Source: Pseudomonadota bacterium (GTDB lineage Bacteria > Bdellovibrionota > FAC87 > UBA2466). Taken from it: DNA of 56,777 bases. Every line of letters begins with the position of its first letter. Position 1 is the stretch's first letter. The notes beneath the pieces were generated by a model, which searched no databases, was not told the origin of the DNA, and was given only the letters and a program-made list of their open reading frames with translations. Positions 49,056-56,777 of the stretch are shown one piece after another. Position numbers and translations under genes: made by a program. The stretch lies in contig RFNV01000176.1 of the NCBI GenBank assembly GCA_009927005.1, positions 1-56,777 of the forward strand, written 5' to 3'.

Positions 49056-50060
49056 ATGTTACACACACTTATTGGTATTTTTTCATTAACCGTCCTGATG
49101 CTTACCGGCTGTTCCGGTGGAAGCGATCCCGTTGTTGCTGAGTTCAACGGAGTCAAAGTGAAAGCTTCAGAAGCTTTTGCTCAAGTCAAAACCCGCTTAT
49201 TTGATTTAGAAGAAGAAGCTTACCGAACCAAAGAACAAGCAATAAACGAGTATGTGGATCAAAAGATCCTGGAAATGGAAGCAAAAAAGCAGAATTTATC
49301 TCGAGAACAACTCCTCGATAAAGAAGCAGGGGGAGGAGCTGCAGCTGAAATCACTGATAAAGAAATCACGGATTTTCTAGCTTCCAAGGGTCTGTCGTTG
49401 AATGACAAGAGAATTAAGAAAGAAGACGTCAAAGAATATCTTAAGTTCCGTCAGAAATTTGAAAAACAACAACAGTACGTTGCTAAACTCAGAGAAGCTG
49501 CAAAAGTGAAAATTTTAGTAGCAGAACCAGAATCTCCAAAAGTAGCTGTTTCAGTTGAAGGCCAGCCATCTTGGGGAAGCAATAAAGCTCCGGTGACGAT
49601 TGTTGAGTTTTCGGATTTTCAATGTCCCTTCTGTGCTCGAGCTGTTCCGACGCTGGAAAGAATCAAGCAAGAATACGGACCAGAAAAGGTTCGGCTTGTA
49701 TTCCATCACTTGCCACTTCCCAATCACCCCCGAGCCCTTCCCGCTTCGCTGGCATCTAGCTGTGCCAATGACCAAGGAAAGTTCTGGGAAATGCACAACA
49801 TGCTATTTGAAAACCAAGGCAAACTGGAAGATGGCGACCTGAAAGAGTACGCAAAGAAACTGCAACTCGATGCTGCTAAGTTTGCTGAGTGCTATGACAA
49901 AAAAGCACACATGGAAAAGATAGAAGCCAGTCGCAAAGAAGGCGAAAAAGTGGGAATCTCTGCCACTCCTTCATTTGTGATCAATGGAGTTCTGATTCAA
50001 GGAGCTCAACCTTTCGAACGATTCAAAGAGAAAATCGATCGCGCTCTTAAAAAAGGTTAA
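49056..50060 (+). CDS. DsbA-like thioredoxin-fold lipoprotein with SurA-N-like domain
   Basis: Lipobox LTGC; EFSDFQCPFC, GKFWEMH and cis-Pro ATP motifs. Confidence 0.9.
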   Translation: MLHTLIGIFSLTVLMLTGCSGGSDPVVAEFNGVKVKASEAFAQVKTRLFDLEEEAYRTKEQAINEYVDQKILEMEAKKQNLSREQLLDKEAGGGAAAEITDKEITDFLASKGLSLNDKRIKKEDVKEYLKFRQKFEKQQQYVAKLREAAKVKILVAEPESPKVAVSVEGQPSWGSNKAPVTIVEFSDFQCPFCARAVPTLERIKQEYGPEKVRLVFHHLPLPNHPRALPASLASSCANDQGKFWEMHNMLFENQGKLEDGDLKEYAKKLQLDAAKFAECYDKKAHMEKIEASRKEGEKVGISATPSFVINGVLIQGAQPFERFKEKIDRALKKG

Positions 50061-50070
50061 TGAGAGAGTA

Positions 50071-51753
50071 TTAGGCGAGCCCCTTTCGAGCTTCGGCTCG
50101 GAAGGGGCTTTTTTTCTTTAGTGGAACTGTTTTAAGCTTTCCTTCTTTGCTCTTTGAAGCAGATAGGTGGAGTGCTGCTCTGATAAAGCCAACAAAAAGT
50201 GGGTGAGGCAGAAATGGCTTTGATTTAAATTCGGGGTGAAACTGGCAAGTTACAAACCAAGGGTGCTTGGTGATTTCCATCATTTCAACCAAACCACTGT
50301 CGGGATTCATCCCAGAAAACGTGATTCCACCCTCTTCTAAAATCCTTTTATAATGATTGTTAAATTCGTAGCGATGCCGATGACGCTCAACGATCTTATT
50401 TTTTCCGTAGACCTTTGCAGCTTGGGAGTTCGGCATGAGATTGCAGGGGTAGGAGCCTAACCGCATACTGCCGCCAATCTTTTCAAGACGACGTTGATCT
50501 TCCATGAGATCGATTACAAATTCGCCTGTCGTGGAAAACTCACGGCTAGTCGCTTTGGCCAGACCACAAACATGTCTTGCATACTCAATAATGGCTAATT
50601 GCAGTCCAATACAAATACCAAAATAGGGGATTTTATTTTCTCTGGCGTACTGAATCGCCTTAATTTTTCCCTCAACTCCCCGATTTCCAAAGCCTCCAGG
50701 AACGAGTATTCCTGAAAGCCCTTTCAAAATATCGAGGGTATCAGCTTTTTCTAGCTTCTCAGAATCAATATAGCGCAAGTTTATCTGGCATTGGTTTGCA
50801 ATCGCTCCATGCACTAAAGCTTCAGATACGCTTTTATAGGACTCAGTGAGATCAACATATTTTCCAACAATTCCAATTTCAATCGGACCATGCTTAGGAG
50901 AAATCAGCGTTTGAACAATTTTGGCCCAATTCTCAACCCCACGACTTTTCGTCTTTATTCCTAGGCGCTTGCACACTTTTTCATCGAGGCCCTGTTCGTA
51001 GTACACGAGAGGAACCTCGTAGATGTGCTTCACATCTTTTGCAGTAACAACTCGCTCTGCTTGAATATTACAAAACAGTGCAATTTTGGCTCTAATATCT
51101 GGAGGTAAAATGCGATCGGTTCGACACAAAAGAAAATCAGGTTGAATACCGATTTCTCTCAACTTTTGAACACTGTGCTGAGTAGGTTTTGTTTTTAACT
51201 CGCCCGAAGTTCCCATGAAGGGAACTAACGTCAAGTGAATGAAGCAAACGTTTTCCTCACCAACATCAAATCGGAATTGGCGAATAGCTTCTAAAAAAGG
51301 CAGCGATTCAATATCCCCAACTGTGCCACCGATTTCGATGATCGCAACTTCTTTATCTTTTGAAACGCGCTTGATTCGTTCTTTGATTTCATCCGTAATA
51401 TGCGGAATGACCTGGACCGTTCCTCCGAGAAACTCGCCCCGTCGCTCTTTGGCGATTACCGTTTCATACACTTGTCCGGCCGTGATGCTGTTTTCGCGTT
51501 TTAAGTTAACATTGGTGAACCGTTCGTAATGCCCTAAATCGAGATCCGTCTCAGCTCCATCTTCAGTAACAAATACTTCTCCATGCTGGAAAGGATTCAT
51601 GGTTCCCGGATCCACATTGAGGTAAGGATCCATTTTCATCAGCGTGATTTTTAGTCCACGATTTTCAAGGAGGGCTGCGAGAGAAGCGGAACTAAGCCCC
51701 TTCCCTAATGAGCTTAAAACTCCGCCTGTTACAAAAATATATTTTGTTTTCAT
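50071..51753 (-). CDS. pyrG: CTP synthase
   Basis: [30 protein letters not shown] and QFHPEF motifs. Confidence 0.98.
   Translation of the reverse strand: MKTKYIFVTGGVLSSLGKGLSSASLAALLENRGLKITLMKMDPYLNVDPGTMNPFQHGEVFVTEDGAETDLDLGHYERFTNVNLKRENSITAGQVYETVIAKERRGEFLGGTVQVIPHITDEIKERIKRVSKDKEVAIIEIGGTVGDIESLPFLEAIRQFRFDVGEENVCFIHLTLVPFMGTSGELKTKPTQHSVQKLREIGIQPDFLLCRTDRILPPDIRAKIALFCNIQAERVVTAKDVKHIYEVPLVYYEQGLDEKVCKRLGIKTKSRGVENWAKIVQTLISPKHGPIEIGIVGKYVDLTESYKSVSEALVHGAIANQCQINLRYIDSEKLEKADTLDILKGLSGILVPGGFGNRGVEGKIKAIQYARENKIPYFGICIGLQLAIIEYARHVCGLAKATSREFSTTGEFVIDLMEDQRRLEKIGGSMRLGSYPCNLMPNSQAAKVYGKNKIVERHRHRYEFNNHYKRILEEGGITFSGMNPDSGLVEMMEITKHPWFVTCQFHPEFKSKPFLPHPLFVGFIRAALHLSASKSKEGKLKTVPLKKKSPFRAEARKGLA
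50078..50115 (+). terminator. Rho-independent terminator after the dsbA-like gene
   Basis: AGCCCCTTTCGAGC-TTCG-GCTCGGAAGGGGCT-TTTTTT: 14-bp stem with one G-U pair, C(UUCG)G loop, U tract. Confidence 0.8.
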
Positions 51754-51867
51754 CGCTGGATTATCTCTGTTGGACCTTAGATTACCACTCCCGGTTTTCC
51801 TCTCAAAACCCTTTCCACCGTCTCCACTAAACTCTTTAATTATCTCATGGTTTCAGATGGTTACAGA

Positions 51868-52605
51868 CTAGGAGTCTTGGGGCGGCAAGAAAAGATCTTT
51901 TCCTAAGACAAAACCGTTTTTTTTACCGCTCTTCTTGGAGGAGATAAAAGAACCGGAAAGTCCCTTTTTAACTTTTTCAAATTCTTTCTTAAAAAGGGGC
52001 TGAGATTGAAAGAGCGAATTGAGGATTTTCTCTGTCTTTGCCTGAGTTAGGCTTTTTGCTTCCTCCCATAAATCGTCAAAAAGAAGTTGGCTCGCGCCAA
52101 TAGCCAAGGAGGGAAAGGCTCCATCATCCACTTCCCCAAAGCCCACAATAAGGCCTCGCTCCCAAAGGCTCTTTAAAGCTTTGCTGTAGGCGCTTTCTTG
52201 ATCTTTTCCTTTGAGTCCCGTTTCTTTTTTGAGCTGTTTGGTGCTGAGAGGCGAATCTTCTTCCAAAACCTTTAAAACGGTCGTGGCAGCTTCAGGTAAA
52301 GACCGCGTGCTCTCTTTGGGAAAGGCTAGTTCTGACAAAAGCGCTTGAAAAACAGGGCGGGAAAAAAAAGTCGCCCTTCCCTTATACCATTTCGTGTAGA
52401 CCACTTTTTTACAGACCGAGAGCTCGGTTCGGAGGTGCCAAAGCCGGGCCACTCTATTGTCTCCCGATTCATCCCACTCCCACCGCATTTCACTTTTTGG
52501 ATAGAGCTTTGACCAAAGTGACTGGGGATCTGGTCGGTTATCTAAGGGAAAAACCAGGAGCCCACCTGCTTCATCAATTTTTTCAATCGCCTTTTTGATG
52601 CTCAT
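51868..52605 (-). CDS. AlkZ-related winged-helix protein
   Basis: SLW, W...EL...KVVYTK...G.ATF and LEEDSPLSTKQLKKETG wHTH pattern. Confidence 0.6.
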   Translation of the reverse strand: MSIKKAIEKIDEAGGLLVFPLDNRPDPQSLWSKLYPKSEMRWEWDESGDNRVARLWHLRTELSVCKKVVYTKWYKGRATFFSRPVFQALLSELAFPKESTRSLPEAATTVLKVLEEDSPLSTKQLKKETGLKGKDQESAYSKALKSLWERGLIVGFGEVDDGAFPSLAIGASQLLFDDLWEEAKSLTQAKTEKILNSLFQSQPLFKKEFEKVKKGLSGSFISSKKSGKKNGFVLGKDLFLPPQDS

Positions 52606-52679
52606 AAATAGAAGTATTTATTATATTAATGGCCTCTTTTAAAGTCCCTAAAATTCCCGCTTTTTAACCCAGACTCTGT

Positions 52680-52708
52680 TTGACTCTTGGCGTCAAAACG
52701 GCTACATT
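52680..52708 (+). promoter_or_regulatory. Sigma-70 promoter
   Basis: TTGACT-N17-TACATT followed by a GAGG RBS and ATG 52729. Confidence 0.6.
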
Positions 52709-52728
52709 ACCGCCAGAATTGAGGTTGT

Positions 52729-53964
52729 ATGAAAAGTCGTTTTGTGGGCCTTTTTATCATTTTGGCGGGTTTAAGTTTCCCTCTTTTGGCTAGCCCCCAC
52801 CCGATGGGCCAAGGCCTTTCAGGTAACTATAAATTGTCTTACCTCGGAACAGATTTATGGACTGTGTTTCGAGCCGACCCAAAACACAAGCCCAGCGTCG
52901 ATGGTTTTGATTTCAAGAAAGTGGGAACCCCGCCAAGCCCTGCCCCTATTTACATGCTTCACGATCCGAAAAGCCCTTCAGCGACTCTGATGGGTGGAGG
53001 TTCAGACACTCCTCGCCTTTGCGAAGGCACCAGCAAAATGCTTTCCATCAAACTCGAGTGTGCTCCGCTGGCCAAGGAAACCTGGGTGGATGAAAAGACA
53101 AAGTGCGGGATTAAGAAACTCTTTGTTGAAGGAATCGTTTGGAATATCAAACACGATCTCCGATATACCCGCACTGAAGCGATTATTTTTGATCATGAAA
53201 ACACTCCGCAAGAATGCAAAGAGTTTAAGAAAAATCTTCTTGCAGAATTAAACTCGGATAAAGGCACTGAGTTCTTCAAGGCAATGAAAGAAGCTGGCCT
53301 CTTTGAAGAAGAAAAAGATTTCGCAGACGCTTTTCTTGTTTCTCATGTCTATCAAGCTAATGAAACCGACGAGAAAGCAGTCGAGATGCCTGAAGGCAAT
53401 CAGACAGGAGCTTACGAGCTGGAGTATTCAGGTCAATCTAAGACAGTTTCTTGGACAGGAGAGAACAAGGAGAATATCGTTGAAAGCAAAGCCTTCAACG
53501 CTCCGGATGAATCCGTACAGCCAGAGCACATAGATAATGTTCTTTTGTTTCATGATCCAAATGCCCGCACTGCGAAGATCTCAGGCGGTGGACAAAATAA
53601 AATGAGAAAGTGCGAGCTCGTCTCGGAAAAGGGTTCAAAAACAGAAACCTATTCCTGCACACTTTTCAAAGCCAATGAAGAAGAAGTCGGAACTGGCTGC
53701 ACGATTGAGCATTGGATTAAGGAAGAAGTAACCTTGAGTCCCGATAGCCTCCCTCGGTACGAACGGATTGAACAAAGACATTTTCTCTCTTCAACCCAAG
53801 AAGGCTGTGAAAACTACCGAAAGAAAATTGCTGAAGAAATCAAAGAGGGTTCAGCCGAGCTTTTCTTCCGGGTGATTTCCAAAACGGGTGGCATTACGTC
53901 CACTGAGAAATTGGGAGATACGTTCCAGCTGGTTCACGAGTACACCGCGAAGCATGCAAATTAA
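52729..53964 (+). CDS. Secreted protein with two ~190-aa internal repeats
   Basis: Signal peptide; both halves share G.Y.L.Y.G, HDP....A...GGG, RY.R.E, FF, H.Y.A and four Cys. Confidence 0.8.
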   Translation: MKSRFVGLFIILAGLSFPLLASPHPMGQGLSGNYKLSYLGTDLWTVFRADPKHKPSVDGFDFKKVGTPPSPAPIYMLHDPKSPSATLMGGGSDTPRLCEGTSKMLSIKLECAPLAKETWVDEKTKCGIKKLFVEGIVWNIKHDLRYTRTEAIIFDHENTPQECKEFKKNLLAELNSDKGTEFFKAMKEAGLFEEEKDFADAFLVSHVYQANETDEKAVEMPEGNQTGAYELEYSGQSKTVSWTGENKENIVESKAFNAPDESVQPEHIDNVLLFHDPNARTAKISGGGQNKMRKCELVSEKGSKTETYSCTLFKANEEEVGTGCTIEHWIKEEVTLSPDSLPRYERIEQRHFLSSTQEGCENYRKKIAEEIKEGSAELFFRVISKTGGITSTEKLGDTFQLVHEYTAKHAN

Positions 53965-54027
53965 ACTCAGCATTGCAAATCTCCTAAGAGCAGTTCTGTT
54001 TTCATTTTAAAATGAGTATTGTAAAAC

Positions 54028-54043
54028 TGGTTTCAGTTTTGCA
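54028..54043 (+). promoter_or_regulatory. Possible sigma-54 promoter
   Basis: TGGTTTCAGTTTTGCA (GG-N10-GC), 39 nt upstream of ATG 54083. Confidence 0.4.
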
Positions 54044-54082
54044 CTTTCCGTGCGGGGGGATATTTTAAAAGGGGACCCTCCG

Positions 54083-54673
54083 ATGAAAAGACACTTTCTC
54101 AGAAGTCTAAGCCTAATCATTTTTCTGATGACTAATGTTTCTAGGGCCAATGATGGCTGCATTATCAAAAACATTCTGGATTTTAGCTGTGAGTCGAGCC
54201 GTCGGCTGGTGAGCACTCTCGACTCTCGCCTCAACGTTTGTGTTATTCATGATGATGATGCTTTGGAAATCTCAGGGCTCTACTGTAAGAGCCCGCAGGG
54301 ATGTTACAAGGATCAAACCAGCACGTATTCCGAGGGAGATACTTTGTTTTCTTGGTACAACTGTTATCCAGGGGCCCGGCCCATTCTCCGTAATTCGCCA
54401 GAGGATGCGTCTCGAACAGAAGATCCGACGATGATCGGTTGTGTCGTAAAGAATGTGAAAGATGATCTGTGCCCCTCGGGAAGACGACTCTTTAGTAAAA
54501 AAGATATGAGCCTCACGGCATGCGCCGATTATGGAATCGACAGCACAGAGATTCCCGGAGCCTTTTGCATGAGTAGTTACCCTTGCCTCAAAGACTTTCA
54601 GAGTATTTATCTCGATGGGGAAAGCATCTACGCTTGGTATAACTGCCAACCTGGAGCTATTCCGATTTATTGA
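54083..54673 (+). CDS. Small secreted Cys-rich protein with two tandem six-Cys repeats
   Basis: Signal peptide; GC..KN....C...RRL.S...C...EI.G..C....C.KD..S.Y..G....WYNC.PGA.PI occurs twice. Confidence 0.8.
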   Translation: MKRHFLRSLSLIIFLMTNVSRANDGCIIKNILDFSCESSRRLVSTLDSRLNVCVIHDDDALEISGLYCKSPQGCYKDQTSTYSEGDTLFSWYNCYPGARPILRNSPEDASRTEDPTMIGCVVKNVKDDLCPSGRRLFSKKDMSLTACADYGIDSTEIPGAFCMSSYPCLKDFQSIYLDGESIYAWYNCQPGAIPIY

Positions 54674-54683
54674 AAATACTGCT

Positions 54684-55289
54684 CTAAGGGTTTGCGTCAG
54701 AAACACCTTTAGGAAAGTTGTAAAACCCCCCATTGCTCGAAGGCTGATAACCGCAGGATTCGGTACCACCATAATAAAATAGTTGAGACCCCGTGGCTAA
54801 ATATTTTCCGGCACAATTGCGAGGTACATTTTTTTCTAGTAGGGGGAACCACTTATCAAGTTTTGGATCGTACACTGAGGCCTTAGTGACGGGAACTACA
54901 CTAGACTTATTGGAAGCCCTTTCTAAACCAAAGCCCAAGACGGTTTTATCCCCAATTGCAATCATTTGGGGGTCCAAATTACGCGGGCTTAGATTTGGGG
55001 CTCCCTTATTGGGTAGAGGATACCAACTACCGGAATCTAGATCGTATCTCCACCCTTTCTTATTTTCGATATCCCAAAAGATAAATTGGGACCCTGATAG
55101 ATTTGCAAGGGGTGTCTTCAATGAAAAAGGCACTGCAGAGGGAGTATTTACATTTGCCATGGCGGTCCATTGCTGGGTTTGAAAATTATAATGGTATCCC
55201 AGAACAGATTGCTGCCATTGTTTAGTACTAACATCATAGGGCGTAGCACAGAAAAGGACCCAATTACGGAAGCTCTCTAAATCAAACCG
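54684..55289 (-). pseudogene. 5'-truncated kelch/beta-propeller-like gene
   Basis: Blade motifs YDLDSGSW and YDPKLDKW; the frame stays open ~43 codons upstream of Met 55160 (YDVSTKQW, YNFQTQQW) with no start codon before an in-frame TAG near 55290. Confidence 0.6.
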
Positions 55290-55335
55290 CTATCCTAAAT
55301 TTGATTTCTCAAATGAACCAATAAATACGAATCAC

Positions 55336-55360
55336 TGGAGCGGGCACCGGAATTTAAACC
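55336..55360 (-). repeat. Degenerate tRNA-Gly 3'-end-like scar
   Basis: Minus strand GGTTTAAATTCCGGTGCCCGCTCCA; 15/25 identity to 56051-56075, mismatches mostly transitions. Confidence 0.4.
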
Positions 55361-55406
55361 GATTTTTTGAGCTGTGTTTGTTACTTTCTTGAAGTAAAAT
55401 AACGTC

Positions 55407-56045
55407 ATGAATAAATTTATATCTTTTTTCACTCTTTTAATTTGCTTTTCTCTTTTTGATTTCACAGCCCGTGCAGAAAACGTTAGCTCAACAAAGAAGC
55501 CTGTGAAGAGTATTAGAAACCCTCTTAAATCAATTTCGGACCCAACTGAAAACAACCAGCGGGATTTCGCTTATTTTCAGCTGGGAGGCGGCCGGGCGAT
55601 TTTGATTGAATTTTCCGAGCTAAACAATGCTTGGGTCTTAGACTCCCGTCTGGGTTTTAAATCCAGTAGCGGTTGGGGAGCTGAACTTTTTTTCGCACTG
55701 GTACCGCACCAGTACGATGCCCCCATGGAATCCGCAAGAATAGCAGCTGACGCAAAACTTTTGGGAGTGGCTCCAACTTATTCCTTCCAATTGTCCAAGG
55801 AAGCATCTTTAGGGCTGGGGTTAGGTGTGGGTTATCTTATTGTAAATCGAACTTATTTTTCGCCATCCAGTAATGATCATGTATATCGCTGGTCATTGGC
55901 ACCAGATATTAATTTTTCTTACAAGTTATCAAATGAAGTTTATGCTCATTTGGGCTTTCGGGCTGTATTCACTGTAACGGGAACAAAATTAACCAATGAG
56001 CCCCGGATTCTTCTACCCACGATAGGACTGGGTTATCGGTTTTAA
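55407..56045 (+). CDS. Outer membrane beta-barrel protein (about 8 strands)
   Basis: Signal peptide, amphipathic strands, C-terminal BAM signal IGLGYRF. Confidence 0.8.
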   Translation: MNKFISFFTLLICFSLFDFTARAENVSSTKKPVKSIRNPLKSISDPTENNQRDFAYFQLGGGRAILIEFSELNNAWVLDSRLGFKSSSGWGAELFFALVPHQYDAPMESARIAADAKLLGVAPTYSFQLSKEASLGLGLGVGYLIVNRTYFSPSSNDHVYRWSLAPDINFSYKLSNEVYAHLGFRAVFTVTGTKLTNEPRILLPTIGLGYRF

Positions 56046-56050
56046 TCTTT

Positions 56051-56095
56051 TTGAGCGGGTGACGAGGTTCGAACTCGCGACCCTCAGCTTGGGAA
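56051..56095 (-). mobile_element. Attachment site: 3' half of tRNA-Gly(CCC)
   Basis: Minus strand TTCCCAA-GCTGA-GGGTC-GCGAG-TTCGAAC-CTCGT-CACCCGC-T; starts exactly at the anticodon loop and has no 5' half. Confidence 0.85.
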
Positions 56096-56116
56096 ATTTA
56101 CGAATGAAAAAACACT

Positions 56117-56142
56117 AAAGTGTGAATAGTTCACGCTTTTTT
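56117..56142. terminator. Possible terminator-like hairpin
   Basis: AAAGTGTGAA-TAG-TTCACGCTTT followed by T tract; AT-rich stem. Confidence 0.3.
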
Positions 56143-56216
56143 AATTAAACCAAAGAGTTGTCCATCTTTCTTGGTTACTGTGTATGACGGTCCAAAACGG
56201 TCGTTTTCTGAGGGCA

Positions 56217-56236
56217 ATGTCCCACGGATGTCCCAT
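56217..56236. repeat. Tandem ATGTCCCA(C/T) direct repeats, putative integrase arm sites
   Basis: ATGTCCCAC at 56217 and ATGTCCCAT at 56228 (11-bp period); same motif pair at 56692-56711. Confidence 0.65.
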
Positions 56237-56243
56237 GGACAAT

Positions 56244-56474
56244 TTACTCCCCTTTGAACGATTTATAGTCCTCATACCTTGATGCGGTAAAGGCTCCGTT
56301 TGGATGGTGTCCGGCCAAATCCCAAACCCCGTCATAATTAGTATCCCAAAGAGAAAACCAAACTTTTTCCTCGTTTTTTCTAAAGAAATAAATAGCGTCG
56401 GGGCGAAAATCATGGTTTCGGTCGAAACGCATGAATGCATCTAGTTTTTTATCAAAAGGCACAAACAAGTCCAC
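56244..56474 (-). pseudogene. C-terminal fragment of a cargo gene with DxNxDG motifs
   Basis: DRNHDFRPD and WDTNYDGVWD motifs; 5' end collides with the integrase fragment. Confidence 0.5.
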
Positions 56475-56688
56475 TACCCTTCACGACTTAAGACACTGTT
56501 ATGCGGTTCGCTTTTTAGAAAATGGCGGCCATGTTTATGTGCTTAAAGAACTCTTAGGGCATCGAGATATCAAAACTACCATGCGATACTCTCACTTCTC
56601 TCCAGCGATGGCGGAGCAAGCAAGAGGCATTGTGGATTTTGAAAAATCCAAACCGAGATTAACGGTGCTTAACGGTGGGTTACTTTGA
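56431..56688 (+). pseudogene. C-terminal fragment of a tyrosine recombinase/integrase
   Basis: HDLRH, LLGH and TTMRY motifs; first catalytic Arg region and N-terminal domains absent. Recognisable homology starts near 56470. Confidence 0.88.
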
Positions 56689-56691
56689 AAA

Positions 56692-56711
56692 ATGTCCCAC
56701 AAATGTCCCAC
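56692..56711. repeat. Tandem ATGTCCCAC direct repeats, putative integrase arm sites
   Basis: ATGTCCCAC-AA-ATGTCCCAC immediately after the integrase stop. Confidence 0.65.
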
Positions 56712-56777
56712 AAAACGTAAAAAAGGCGAGAATTGAGACTCCTCAATCCCTTTGCTTTTACTTCCTAAGTTTCGGAA

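Noticed and set aside
56051-56125. Complete tRNA-Gly gene
   Set aside because: D-arm and 5' acceptor strand are absent; only the 3' half is present.
56431-56688. Functional integrase or XerC/D
   Set aside because: Only the C-terminal ~70 residues are recognisable.
1-56777. CRISPR arrays, rRNA, IS elements, known defence systems; other 60-170 aa ORFs overlapping long genes
   Set aside because: No regularly spaced repeats, rRNA-like tracts or transposase/defence motifs seen by eye; the overlapping ORFs lack motifs and lie in alternative frames of well-supported genes.

Overview
A 56.8-kb, moderately AT-rich bacterial chromosome segment. Gene content and promoter types suggest a Bdellovibrionota/Oligoflexia-like deltaproteobacterium (inference). 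Left end (1-10.4 kb): a DAB inorganic-carbon pump (dabB-dabA, dabA runs off the window), a TolC/HlyD/ABC type-I-secretion-like trio with no visible substrate, a TerC/Alx protein, a divergent NhaR-like LysR regulator and an HPF/RaiA-like gene. Three promoters in this cluster share an equally positioned 37-bp LysR-type operator, which points to a single regulon; this is the best candidate for an undescribed system. The middle holds purine catabolism genes (xdhABC, guaD), otsB, an MMPL protein, a SulP-STAS-beta-carbonic-anhydrase fusion, class I and class II fumarases, a lipoprotein with Kunitz-like and LecA-like domains facing a C25 peptidase, and housekeeping genes (pyk, ftsB-like, lepB, dnaE, lipB, pyrG). 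The right end (52.7-56.8 kb) is accessory: secreted internal-repeat proteins, a truncated kelch-like gene and a decayed integrative element at a tRNA-Gly(CCC) 3'-half att site with an integrase fragment and arm-type repeats. No CRISPR array, rRNA or complete tRNA was seen. All family assignments are by eye from motifs; no searches were run.
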